Below, one piece after another: positions 36,546 through 47,833 of a DNA stretch of 64,000 nt (positions within the stretch are counted from its first letter, which is position 1; every line of letters starts with the position of its first letter). The stretch spans positions 62,001 to 126,000 of the forward strand of contig NW_026781450.1 of NCBI RefSeq assembly GCF_030144855.1. The letters run 5' to 3'. The position numbers and the translations under genes are program-made. The notes beneath the pieces are model-generated. The model saw only the letters and a list, made by a program, of their open reading frames with translations. It was not told the DNA's origin and searched no databases. Origin of the DNA: Hypanus sabinus (taxonomy: Eukaryota).

Positions 36546-36910
36546 ATTCACGGTGCGTGTCCGAACATTGTTATCCAATCCATCCCTGTTTCTGAACCAT
36601 CCCTATTAACCGGCACTCTCCTATCTTCTTGCACCGAGGCCTCTCTGTACCTGAACAATCCCCACCATTCACGGCGCGTGTCCGAACATTGGTATCCAAT
36701 CCCTTCCTGTTTCTGCACCATCCCTATTAACCGGCACTCTCCTATCTTCGTGCACCGAGGCCTCTATGTACCTGGACAATCCCGGCCATTTACTGTGTGT
36801 GTCCTACCCTTGTTATCCAATCCCTCCCTGTTTCTGAACAATCCCTGTTAACCGGCACTCTCCTATCTTCCTGCACCGAGGTCCCTCTGTCCCTCGACAT
36901 TCCCCACAAT
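36546..36910. repeat. 121-bp minisatellite, about 3 units
   Basis: Unit starts at 36546, 36667, 36788 (att(c/t)ac(g/t)g...tatccaatcc...ttaaccggcactctcctatctt). Confidence 0.9.
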
Positions 36911-37365
36911 TTCCGTTGTGTTTGCCAAACCCTTATGTCACTTGCTTCATCTGTTCCTGAACCGTCCAGTACTCCCCGTATTCTGTGCATTCACCAATAG
37001 ACAAAGAAAATAAGGAGCTTGAAATTGATCTTGGGTCCTGAACATTTTTGGCGCACTGAAAGGTTCCGATCCTCCCAGACCGAAGATGCGTGGGAAGACC
37101 GCACGTGACAAGGAAGACTGGATTGGAACGCTGAGTGTGCGGATTGTCTTCTCCCAACCGGATGCTTCAGAAGAGGAGGGAATTTAAAGTTACTGTACAA
37201 AAACATCGCCCCTTATTTCACTGATTGGACTCTTCGGCGCGCTCTACGTAGACCCACCTACCACCATATGATTGACAGGCATCGTGTTTCCTGTTTTGCT
37301 GACAGCAGCGAGCCTCCTGACGGCGAGGTGTTTGTACAGCTGCCCCGTCACTCTGAGCCGCCGTG

Positions 37366-38000
37366 ATCACTCCAGGCGCAGAAATACACGGCCGAAGAAT
37401 TCGCTTCCAGTTTGTCGGACTTCAGGAAGCACTCGTTGCTCTGCGATCTCTCCGCCGTAAAACCGTCGACCAATCCCTCTGGCTGGACGTACGTAGCTGT
37501 CGTTGAGTAAAACATGTTCTCCGGACCCTTTCCCGGGTATTGTCGGTACCAGTACAACACGTCACCAGCACTGCTACTACCCTCGACTGTGCACCGAAGC
37601 GCCACCTTCTGGCCAGGAAGTGCGGAAAAATCCGATGTCTGGAGGATTGTCACCGAGGTCGCGTCTCGAAAAAGAGACGGGGGTGGCATAGGTGGGGAAT
37701 GAACACGGACACCAGGGTTAATTGGGAAGGGATGAAAGAGGGTACATTGAGGGAAGGAAAGAGAAGATCTGAATTCGGGAGAGCTCCAGAGGTGGACGGA
37801 ATTTAGAGGCGGCGGCTGAGGGAGATATTGTGAGGACGCGATGATTCGTAACTAAATAAATAAAGATTGCGAGACTAGCGGAAGGTAACGCAAGTGAGGG
37901 GGAATCTGAAAGGAACAGAGACGCAAAGAAATAAAAAGAATATTTTTTGTCAAGTTCACTCACAGTGGCAGGCAAGGATGAACCGCAGAAACAGGAACAT
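37366..38000 (-). CDS. TRBV: TRBV segment V12 (group B, TRBV30-like), open frame; atypical GAG acceptor
   Basis: Leader MFLFLRFILACH 38000-37964. V exon 37664-37366: ATSVTILQTSDFSALPGQKVALRCTVEGSSSAGDVLYWYRQYPGKGPENMFYSTTATYVQPEGLVDGFTAERSQSNECFLKSDKLEANSSAVYFCAWSD. Acceptor ttttcgag, vs ttttctag in V11 and V6. RSS: CACGGCG, 23 nt, ACAAACACC 37335-37327. Confidence 0.88.
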
Positions 38001-38386
38001 CTTCCCTGCCGGTTTTATTTTCTGAGTGATGGAAGAACTGCGTGCAGCAGAGAGGAATCCATTCTCTTTTACCCCGTTTGTTACGTATCCCAGTGACGTA
38101 GATGTTTTTTTGCGTAAGCAGCGATCAGCCACGCCCCTTCCTTGAACCAGCCCCGATTCGAGATATAAGACTCCCTCTGGCGCAGCAGAGAAACTGTCCG
38201 TCTCTCCCTCGACACACCCACCATCACATTGACTCGTTACTCTGGCATCTAATCGCATCATTCACTGTGCATTCCCTATGCCTGTGCACCAAAGACCCGC
38301 TGTTTGTCGTCGTTCCGCACCATTCTCGGTGCGTGTCCTGCCCTTCTACCCCGAACCCCCACATTTGCTGATCATTTCACGCCGTT

Positions 38387-38835
38387 CACGTACGCGACCA
38401 GAACCCATGTAAGATGGAAAACCTATCAGACTCTTACTCTCAATAATAAACCAAGTATTATGAAAAAACAGAAAGACAGAACTCGAGTACATAAAAGTTA
38501 CCGGCCACATTCGGTAAACCAGCGCGGTCACATCCATTGCACAAATGAAAATAAAACATGTGTTTAACGATAGAGGAACTATCATTTCAATGACTGAACA
38601 CAAAGGGGAGAGGGACGGCCGTCCACTGGTCTTGGCCATTGGTGGCCTGACCTTGCAGTTTAGGGACATGAGTTCGGACGGAGGTTCTGACCCTCTACCA
38701 AGCTAAACAACGGCCAATGTCGCACGACATGAGACCAGCAAGAACGCTGCCCCTTACTATGGATCTGTGCTGTTTTGACTCACTTGGGTTCAACGGCAGA
38801 ATAACTAGGATGCAACGTGTCCCACGTGCCATCAT
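38387..38835 (-). pseudogene. Group-A V relic: intact leader, acceptor mutated
   Basis: Leader MMARGTRCILVILPLNP 38835-38784, identical in protein to 25970-25919. Own acceptor AG is AT at 38408-38407, followed by GG GTT CTG GTC GCG TAC GTG. Confidence 0.78.
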
Positions 38836-39915
38836 CGGCCCGAGTTAGAGACCATCAAATGGTTAGCGCAATGCCAGCATTCAGGAGAACCACTTTGCGT
38901 GTCCTGTTTGGACTACTGCCATGCTGCTGGCCAGTGGACAGCTGCGTCACTTCCTGCGCGTCATAAACGAGCACAATTACAATTCAACAGCCGAAAGAAG
39001 GGCGAAGATGGAAATACAGTTTGGTATTGAACGACAATGTCCGTGCTTGATGAAGAAGCAGACGTAGGAAATGCACTTCCTTTGATTGGTTAACTAATCA
39101 GAGGTCTAGGAGCCATAACCAATAAAGTCGCAGTTATTAGTCTCCAGCNNNNNNNNNNNNNNNNNNNNNNNNNNNNNNNNNNNNNNNNNNNNNNNNNNNN
39201 NNNNNNNNNNNNNNNNNNNNNNNNNNNNNNNNNNNNNNNNNNNNNNNNNNNNNNNNNNNNNNNNNNNNNNNNNNNNNNNNNNNNNNNNNNNNNNNNNNNN
39301 NNNNNNNNNNNNNNNNNNCTTTCTATCGGTCTCTCTCACTCACTTTCTAAATCCCTCTCTCCCTTTATTTACCTATCTACCCATCAGTCTATCTATTTAT
39401 TCATCTACCCATCCATCTTTGAAGTTTGTATCTGTCTATGGATATATCTTTCTACCATTCCATTATCGAACAATAATTCTAATTTTCGTTCATCTGTCGT
39501 GACGTCACTGGTATCCGTTCTGGGGAAGGTACAAAACTGATGGGCTACACCTGAACACGAGGGTGAACAAATTCCCTTTCTGACAGGTTTTGAACGCTAT
39601 CCCTGCAAATGATTTAACTGCATCAGTTGTAAATGTTGCTGTGGCTCCAAGCGGGCTGGGCAAACGTCTTCTGCTTCGTAAGAAATTCGAGTCGTTCACG
39701 GTTTCATTTTGTGTGAAGTACCTTTTTCTCCTGATCTGATTTCCTGATATTACCTACTGGATTGCGCAGTTGGGAAGAATCAAAAGGCAATTGCATCTGG
39801 ATATTGAGGGTCAATGTGCAGCGACCCCTGGTGGTGGGAGACAGCGGGTCCTGAGCCTTCAGCGATTGTGCAGAACAGTTTTTGTCAGGGGCGGCTCGAC
39901 TTCTCAACCTCTGTG

Positions 39916-40362
39916 CGCTACTACAGGCGCAGAAATAGACGGCCGTGTGAGAGTGCGAGGCATTCTTTAGTTCCAGCTGAAAGAAAGTGCTACTGGATCT
40001 TGTTGCCGTGTAGGACTCCGACGTGTAACTGTTGACTATATCTTTCCCGGCAGAATCGAAAAGAGCTTCTATTGCCCCGTCCGGTCGCTGTCTGTACCAA
40101 TACATATAATTGTAGTCCGAATTCAGCAGCGTGCATTGGACGGTGCTTGACTCTCCCAATCCAACTGACAGGGAAAGGGGCGACTGTTCCACATATATGG
40201 CCAGAATCCCTGCAAGGGAGAAATTCAATTAGAGTCTAATTTCTCTCAACAAATGGTAGCCCGTTCTCTGAAACTGAATTACCTTCCCCAGAACCATTGA
40301 TAACCTGACTTACGCGGGATAAATGCCACGATCAGCAGAAGACAATATGTTCCCCGCATCAT
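39916..40362 (-). CDS. TRBV: TRBV segment V13 (group A), apparently functional
   Basis: Leader MMRGTYCLLLIVAFIP 40362-40314. V exon 40209-39916: ILAIYVEQSPLSLSVGLGESSTVQCTLLNSDYNYMYWYRQRPDGAIEALFDSAGKDIVNSYTSESYTATRSSSTFFQLELKNASHSHTAVYFCACSS. RSS: CACAGAG, 23 nt, ACAAAAACT 39885-39877. Confidence 0.92.
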
Positions 40363-41749
40363 CGTTTGCAGAGTAGACCCTGGCGGACTTTGGGGTGGAG
40401 TGCCGTTCAAGACTAGCTTTCCTAAGAAATGTACTGCTTTGCTCGATATAGTTGCTACTGCCGATTAGCCCTACGACGTCTATCACTTCCTGTGTAATTG
40501 ATGGGCGGTACGTTCTTCTTTTGTCTTCAGTAGAAAACCGAAAGAGAGTGGAGGTCGCTGTTTCTGCAGTGTCGCTTGATTAAAGAAACATTNNNNNNNN
40601 NNNNNNNNNNNNNNNNNNNNNNNNNNNNNNNNNNNNNNNNNNNNNNNNNNNNNNNNNNNNNNNNNNNNNNNNNNNNNNNNNNNNNNNNNNNNNNNNNNNN
40701 NNNNNNNNNNNNNNNNNNNNNATGTTTGTATGTATTTATCTATGTATCTATGTATTTATGTGTCTCTCCACGGATCTACCTGAATTATTCCAAATGCTTC
40801 TGAATATTTCTCCGCATCCCTGACTCAGATGCTGAAAGCGCGTGAACGCCACAGGGATTTCGTGTTGGGTGAATGAAGAAGCTGTGGTGATACATCAGCT
40901 ATGGGAAACTCTTTGCTTTTCCTGGTTAGAACAGAAAGAATCAATATTGCTGACCCAAGGTATGGAATGGAATACGTCAAAAATTAAGAATGAACTGTGA
41001 ACTTGCTTTATATCTGTATCTGTCTATCCATCCAACTATCTATCTATGTAAGTATGTATGTACGTATATATGTATATAAGNNNNNNNNNNNNNNNNNNNN
41101 NNNNNNNNNNNNNNNNNNNNNNNNNNNNNNNNNNNNNNNNNNNNNNNNNNNNNNNNNNNNNNNNNNNNNNNNNNNNNNNNNNNNNNNNNNNNNNNNNNNN
41201 NNNNNNNNNNNNNNNNNNNNNNNNNNNNNNNNNNNNNNNNNNNNNNNNNNNNNNNNNNNNNNNNNNNNNNNNNNNNNNNNNNNNNNNNNNNNNNNNAACT
41301 ATCCATAATGCATTTGTGTGTGTCTACTGGTTCACTGACTCTGGACCCGCAGACTGAAAGCGCGTGAATGTCTCAGGGAATTTCGTGGCGAGTCGATGCA
41401 GAAGTTGTGGTTATACAGCAAACACAGAACATCGTTTGTCTCCTGGCAGGAAAGAAAAGCGAAAGATCAGTAGGAGCTCAATGTGCTCCTGCCTCGGGTT
41501 GGGCAATCGCTCCTCTAGACAGAATACTGCGAAAGATGAGGTTGCAGCCAAGGTCTGCAGAGTTGATAATAAAAGCAGCACAACATACACTCCATGGCAT
41601 CATTATCAGCTGCAGATACGCAGTGACTACACAGATATCCCGCTTTCTCCGCTGAGAACCCGCTCTAACATCCATGACGTCGTCAATTATTGTGTCCTTT
41701 TCAAAATTTCAATCGTATATATCCACGTTTTCATTCAAATTACCCAGAT

Positions 41750-42275
41750 GACGTGGCCACTTTAGTAGACAGCTCTACACCCAATTGTTAATGCAAATGT
41801 CTCATCAGCCAATCGTGTGGCAGCGTCAATACATAAGAACATGCAGAAGTGGTCAAGAGGTTCCATTGCGATTCAGTCCAATCATCAGAATAGGGAAGAA
41901 ATGTGATTTAATTTACTTTGGTTGCAGAATGCTTATTGGTGCCAATCTGGAAGTGATGGCCTATCTCAGAAACGACTGAAATCCTCGGATATTCACACAT
42001 TACTTTCTCTTGTGTTTACAGAGAATGTCGCGAAACACTGTTGTGCTAATTACATGGATGAAAACGCCCGTTTAATGACCGATGTCAGAGGAGAACGGTC
42101 AGACTCTTCCAAGCTGAGAGGACGGCGGCAGCGTTTCAAGTAACCACGTGTTACAACAGTGTTGTGCAGAAGAGCATCTCTGAATGCACAATATATTGAA
42201 CCTTGGAGCGGATTGGCTGCAATGGCAGAGGACCACGAACATACTGTGAGTGGCCATTTTATTAGGTACAGGATG
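41750..42275 (+). mobile_element. Tc1/mariner-like relic (duplicate of 28515-29060)
   Basis: GKKCDLIYFGCRMLIGA frame; ends gtggccactttag and gtggccattttattaggtac. Confidence 0.7.
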
Positions 42276-43677
42276 TCACCAAACCGAGGTTTCCCCCATT
42301 AATTACATAACTATACAAGGCATAGATGCACGTGCCAGATATTAGCATTTGTACAGATGCATCCGTAGCACAAACTCTTACAGATGCACCGTCATAAATT
42401 TTGCGCGTTGCTGTGTGCAGTTCGATCAGGGTCATGTGCAGCGATACACTGAGTGCTGCTGCCCCCAAGCGGCTAAAGGCAGATTCCACATCTTTTGGTG
42501 AATAGGTGGAAGGATTTACTGTGGCCAGAATCTAGTGCTCCAGCGGTCTTGATGGCCTTATAGTAAAGTGTAACATTGGATGCTTCCGGCCGAGACCGTT
42601 TATCAGGACTGAGAGTGAAAAGTGCACGGGTAGGGGGTTAAAGGACGATGCCAGAATTAAAAGTTGCGGGATGGGTTAAACGCCCCCTGGAATGTGATAG
42701 GTGAAGTCAGGTTGAAGGGAAAGGTCAAAGGCTGGAGTGGTATGAATAAGATAGGACAGGAGACTGAAAACAGGGGAAGGGGAAGGAGGAGAGGGCCAAT
42801 GGGGAAGCAATAGTCAGGCGAGAAGAAGTAAAAGGTAACAGTAATACTCACCATCAGATTGAAGGGTAGCCAGATGAAATATAAGAAGTTATTACTCTAC
42901 CTTGGGGGTGACCTCCTCTTGCCAAGAGGGGCCGTCATGGACTGACACGTCGGAAGGATAATGGGAATCGGAATTACAGTGCTTGTCCACAGTGAACTCC
43001 CTGTGCAGATATTCCACGAAGAGCTTGCGCGCAGAAATCAATTCATTACATTTTGAATTGAGATAGAGAAAGATAAATTAATAAATCCGTTTACATTTGC
43101 TGCATCCCTGGAGTTACGGTGAAAAGCTGGTCTTGCATAAAGGTCACAGTTCAGTGGTGTAGAATAAGATTCGTCAATAATTTTTAAATTTAACAGAGAA
43201 AGCCGCGGGGAGGATGAACAGGGCTACAGAGAGGTAGATTGTGAAGTCAGGAATCCACATTATTGTCCCATCCTCGAGCATAAGAGTAGGGTAAAGAAGG
43301 CTGAGAAGCTGCTGGATTGGTGACTGGAGCCTTTATTATCATTGGCTGCTTTACTGAAGTAACAAGGTGTACGGACAAAGGGGGCATTTGAGCGATTTGT
43401 TGAGCTGTGGGCAGGGTCCTCTCGGGTTTCTTGCCGTCAATTCCAGAGCAGATGGGAGAGCAGGCCGTTATTCGTCAAAGCCCCTATGCTGGTCGATGTG
43501 ATATCCGAGGTAGAAAAAGCATGCGTGGAAAGGCAGCCTCGTGCCTCGTTCGTGACAGAAGGGAGCAGCCGAACATGATCTTGTGCTGCCACCTACTGGT
43601 ACAACAAGGCCACTGAACCACCCTGCTGGAGGCCGGAATGTTTTTGTAGTGGGAGACTCGTGATCTGAAGTTCAGTG

Positions 43678-44568
43678 TGCTACTACAAGCGCAGTAGTAG
43701 ACGGCGGAGTGGCAGGCCGATGTCCGTCCCAGTTCCAGTTTAAACAGAGTGCTGCTGGGTCTTGTCGCTGGGTTGGAATCGGATGTGTAGTTCGCGACCA
43801 ATCCTTGTCCAGCAGAATAGAAGAGACAATCTATTGCCCGGCCGGGTCGCTGCCTGTACCAATACAAGATTGGATAGTCCGTTTTCAGCAGCGTACACGA
43901 GACGCTCGCCGTCTCACCCTCTCTGATTGACAAGGAGGGAGGCGACTGGTCAACGAACACGGTCAGAATCCCTGTAAAACAGAAAATCGATTAGACTCCA
44001 ATTTCCCTGAATGTCTGATCAGTTCGCGTGTGATCTTGACAGCAGGAATGGGCTGGCGTTCCCAAAATATTCTGTCCACTCTCCGGTTAACCCGAAGTTT
44101 CACACTATTCTGCACCGTGAAATTGGCGCAATACACCATCCTGACACACATGCCCTCTAATTCAGACAAAATGAGACTCTTCGAACCGCAGTGACGAAGC
44201 GGGGTTAAATGTCGTTAAGCATATTCTCATTTGGTCCAGTTTCAATTTTGGCACAGAACCCCACACACCCTCGGAGTAATCCCGATACCCGCTTCCGAGC
44301 TTAGCGAAACCGAAGGAAACGCGCAATTTTAATCGGGTCTGTTCGACCAGCGCGGCAAGGATTTATCAGTGGGAAGGCGCTTTCACATTCGGCTCCTGAG
44401 TAGCAAGGTAGGCATCAAACCTTCGGCCTCATGTCCAGAAGATCTGCCAAGCCCAACCACGTACGATGCTGAAACACGTCGTTCCACACCCTTTCCCGAG
44501 ATCTGTGATTTGTACTTACGTGAGATCATCGCCACGATCAGCGGGAGGCGAACAATCCTCCGCACCAT
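43678..44568 (-). CDS. TRBV: TRBV segment V14 (group A), apparently functional, five Cys
   Basis: Leader MVRRIVRLPLIVAMIS 44568-44520. V exon 43971-43678: ILTVFVDQSPPSLSIREGETASVSCTLLKTDYPILYWYRQRPGRAIDCLFYSAGQGLVANYTSDSNPATRPSSTLFKLELGRTSACHSAVYYCACSS. RSS: CACTGAA, 23 nt, ACAAAAACA 43647-43639. Confidence 0.91.
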
Positions 44569-45267
44569 CAACTACAAGATGAGCATATTTCCTCTATGTG
44601 AAGCTCAGAGCCAGCTCTCAGGGAAGTCTATCTGTGTGGTCTGATAAAGGAACGAGATACTCGTTGTTTTTGTGGCGATGACGTCACCCGCTACAGTGAA
44701 CACCTTCGGACTGACGACAATGCCCGAGGTGAGTTCATGCAATGCAGATACGTTCAGACGATTTGAAGCTGGGAGGTGCACATCTATGGAAGCCGGTTTA
44801 AAATAATTGGCCAATGTATTCGAGTGTAGGGATTACGCAACCATAATAGAGCTTCAATCATGTTTCGCTTCGATTGCAGAAACTAGGCGCCACTTCACCA
44901 GACGCTCAAAATAAGCGGACTGTTTGAGAAACGGTAGGAAAGGACAAGAGAAGATTAGAGGACAAATGGTGTATGTAGGGCTGAAACAGGAAGCGAATGG
45001 GGAAAAGCCGCCTGGATGTGGTATGGAGGGGAACGGCCGGGACAGACGGAAGGGATGCGGGGAACAGCAGGCGATAGTGACATTTCACGTCAACTGATCC
45101 AAAACGCCAGTAAGTACAGAGCGTGGAGGAAGAGCCAGTGTACAGTGTCCGAGGGAGCACCAGCCAGCCGGTCGAGACGGAAAGTGAATCTTCTCTCTGG
45201 CCCAGAGTGTTGCAGCGACTGCGCAGAAGGATTTTGTCAGCAGCGACTCCCCTTCTCCGGCTCTGGG

Positions 45268-45535
45268 CGCTACTCTTGGCGCAGAAATAGATGTCGGGGA
45301 GAGAGTGCGAGACAGTGCTGCTGGTATCCGTGGTCGTGTAGGTCTCAGATGTGCAGCTGTTGATTAGACCGCTCCCGGCGGAATAGAAGAGAGTTACTTC
45401 TGCCTGGTCGGGACGCTGTCTGTACGACTACAAAATGGTGTAGCCCGTGTTCCGCGGTGCGCATTGATCGGTGGTTGACTGTCCCATTCCAATCGGCAGA
45501 GAAGTCGACGACTGTTCCACCTGCACGGCCGGAAT
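45268..45535 (-). pseudogene. TRBV: TRBV segment V15 (group A), pseudogene; paralog of V9
   Basis: IPAVQVEQSSTSLPIGMGQSTTDQCAPRNTGYTIL*SYRQRPDQ...PDIYFCAKSS. TAG at 45430, FR3 deletion, damaged acceptor, heptamer CCCAGAG 45267-45261. Confidence 0.87.
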
Positions 45536-45604
45536 CGATTCGATTCTAATTTCAAAGAAGGCTGGGCAACGCCTCAGCCATTCCGGATTTGGCTGGGGCA
45601 TTAG

Positions 45605-45900
45605 TGGTGGATGCGGCCCAGTCCACCAGAGGCCAGCCTGATCAATGATCATCTCCACATGGGAGCATGGAATGACGAGAAAGCAGCCTCCATCGTTAAG
45701 GACACTCGCCATGCAGGCCACCCTCTCTGTTCGCTGCTGCTACCGGGAAGAACTAGAGGAACCTCAGGACCCACACGACCGCGATGAGGAAGAGTTACAG
45801 TCTTTCATCCAGCACAGTCATTTTCCAGTGTTTGGTAAATTTATTGATCACGACGTTGAACAGGTCTCACTTTCTGCACCTCGTTTTATCAATGTATTGT
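45605..45900 (+). mobile_element. Rex1/L2-type LINE 3' fragment
   Basis: agaaagcagcctccatcgttaaggac...caggccaccctctctgttcgctgctgcta...gaacctcaggacccacacgacc; same family as 14230-15000. Confidence 0.6.
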
Positions 45901-47833
45901 TTTTAAAGACTAGCAGTTATTTATATATTTATTTATCGGTCTAAACATATATTATTTATTTGCCGATTTAGTTATCTGTCTATTTATTTATTTACTTATG
46001 TATTTCTCTATTTATCTATCTACCTACTTATTTCTGAATTATTTATTTCTTTGTTTTTTTCCCAGTTTATCTTTATAACGCTGATTCATTTTCTATCATT
46101 GTGTGTAATTTATTTTTCCCCATTTATTCTATTGTACTTATTTATTATACTGTTAGTGCCTGTCTCAAATCGAATCTCGGGGTATCATGTGGAAAGCTGC
46201 AATTACGTTGATAATAAATTCACTTTCGTTGTTTCTTTCCTTCTGTCTGTCTCTCTCCTCATTCTTTCAATCTTCTTTCCATTTTGTTTCACTTTCCGAC
46301 TTTCTTATTTCTTTTCCGGTCATTTTCTCCCTTCACCTCGCCGTCTTGGTATCTATTCGCTCAATCGATCAAACTATCTATCCATCGTTCGGCTGTCTCA
46401 CTGTCTGTCCATCTCNNNNNNNNNNNNNNNNNNNNNNNNNNNNNNNNNNNNNNNNNNNNNNNNNNNNNNNNNNNNNNNNNNNNNNNNNNNNNNNNNNNNN
46501 NNNNNNNNNNNNNNNNNNNNNNNNNNNNNNNNNNNNNNNNNNNNNNNNNNNNNNNNNNNNNNNNNNNNNNNNNNNNNNNNTTGACCTAATTCTTGTTAAC
46601 TGCAATAGCAATAGATAAAGCGTTCAAGGATGTGGAAGGAACTGCCGCATCATTTCCAAGGGATAGGGTGGCAGAGTTTGAGCGTGATTACCACGCCGGC
46701 CTATTCGACAGTGCAATGGTTGAATTGCAGTGGATGCAGAACAGATTGCAGCGCAAGAGATCTTGCGAATGAAAGCCTCTGCCCGATGATAGGACAGTTA
46801 TCACGACCCGACATCTCAAAGTCCCGTCAAAATGCAGCTGTTCTGCTGACAGATGGATCTGCACATTAGGTGCGTCATGGTCCAACAGCGCCCCCTGCAG
46901 CAGACTCGGGATCATTGGCGGAATCCGAATATAGACAAAGAAGAACATATTAATATCCAGCCTTCAATCTGCCTGCATTCTACAGACGGTTCCTAGTAGC
47001 CGATGGTAATGCTATGGGTCTTTGCAATCGTGAGTGGACGGCTCTTACGTATCATCTAAGGTAGGGTTGAGGAGCGCGGCTTCATGTGTTCACCCGTGAC
47101 AATTTGTTTTACCGCTCAATTTAGTGTCATCGGCAAAGTAGTAGGAAAACTCCAGCGGGTCAGTCAGCAGCTATGGCGGATACCGCTGCTGGTATTGACA
47201 CCGACTTGTTATTGTCACCTCTAACAAGATGCAGTCACAAGCTTGTTCACGGATGTATAGTCAGTACACGGTGCACTGATGTGGAATATGAAACATCAAT
47301 AAAGTTCAAGATCTCCAGAAAGAAAGCGGAGCAGATGCACAGAACCATAATGAGGTTCATCCGGACGTCAGCGGTACACGTCAAAGTGCCATCGTCCCGT
47401 AAAAATGAGACACTCGAGAGTTGAATAACAGCGGGAGAACAGGCTGCCCCTTGCGACTGTTAGTATGCACATTCAGATCATTGAGTCCTCCGCCCGACTG
47501 GAGGCTGGCGACTACGCTCCTCTGACAGAAGGAAATGTTAGACAGGGGATGCATCCGAGATCGACTGAGCTGTGTGGACGTTTATTTTTCTGGAGTTTCC
47601 TGCTGGTAACTGTAGAGCAGTTGCCATATCAAGTAGAATTCTTGTCTCCGTGATATCGGGGGTTACTGGAGCAGGAGGAGAAGGCTGGACAAGTGTTGTC
47701 GGTTCGAGACAGAATATGTGGCTGTCAAACGCTACCCTGTGCTGCCACCTAGTGTTGTAACATGAACTCTGAACATCCCCGCGATAAACAGGAAGGTTTT
47801 TGTACTGAGAGACCCTTTACTTCAAGCTCTGTG

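Noticed and set aside
35823-36910. CRISPR-like or prokaryotic reading of the tandem repeats and short ORFs
   Set aside because: The units are contiguous with no unique spacers and there are no cas genes. The window is spliced vertebrate DNA; I recognised no rRNA or tRNA genes, and the B-boxes belong to SINEs.
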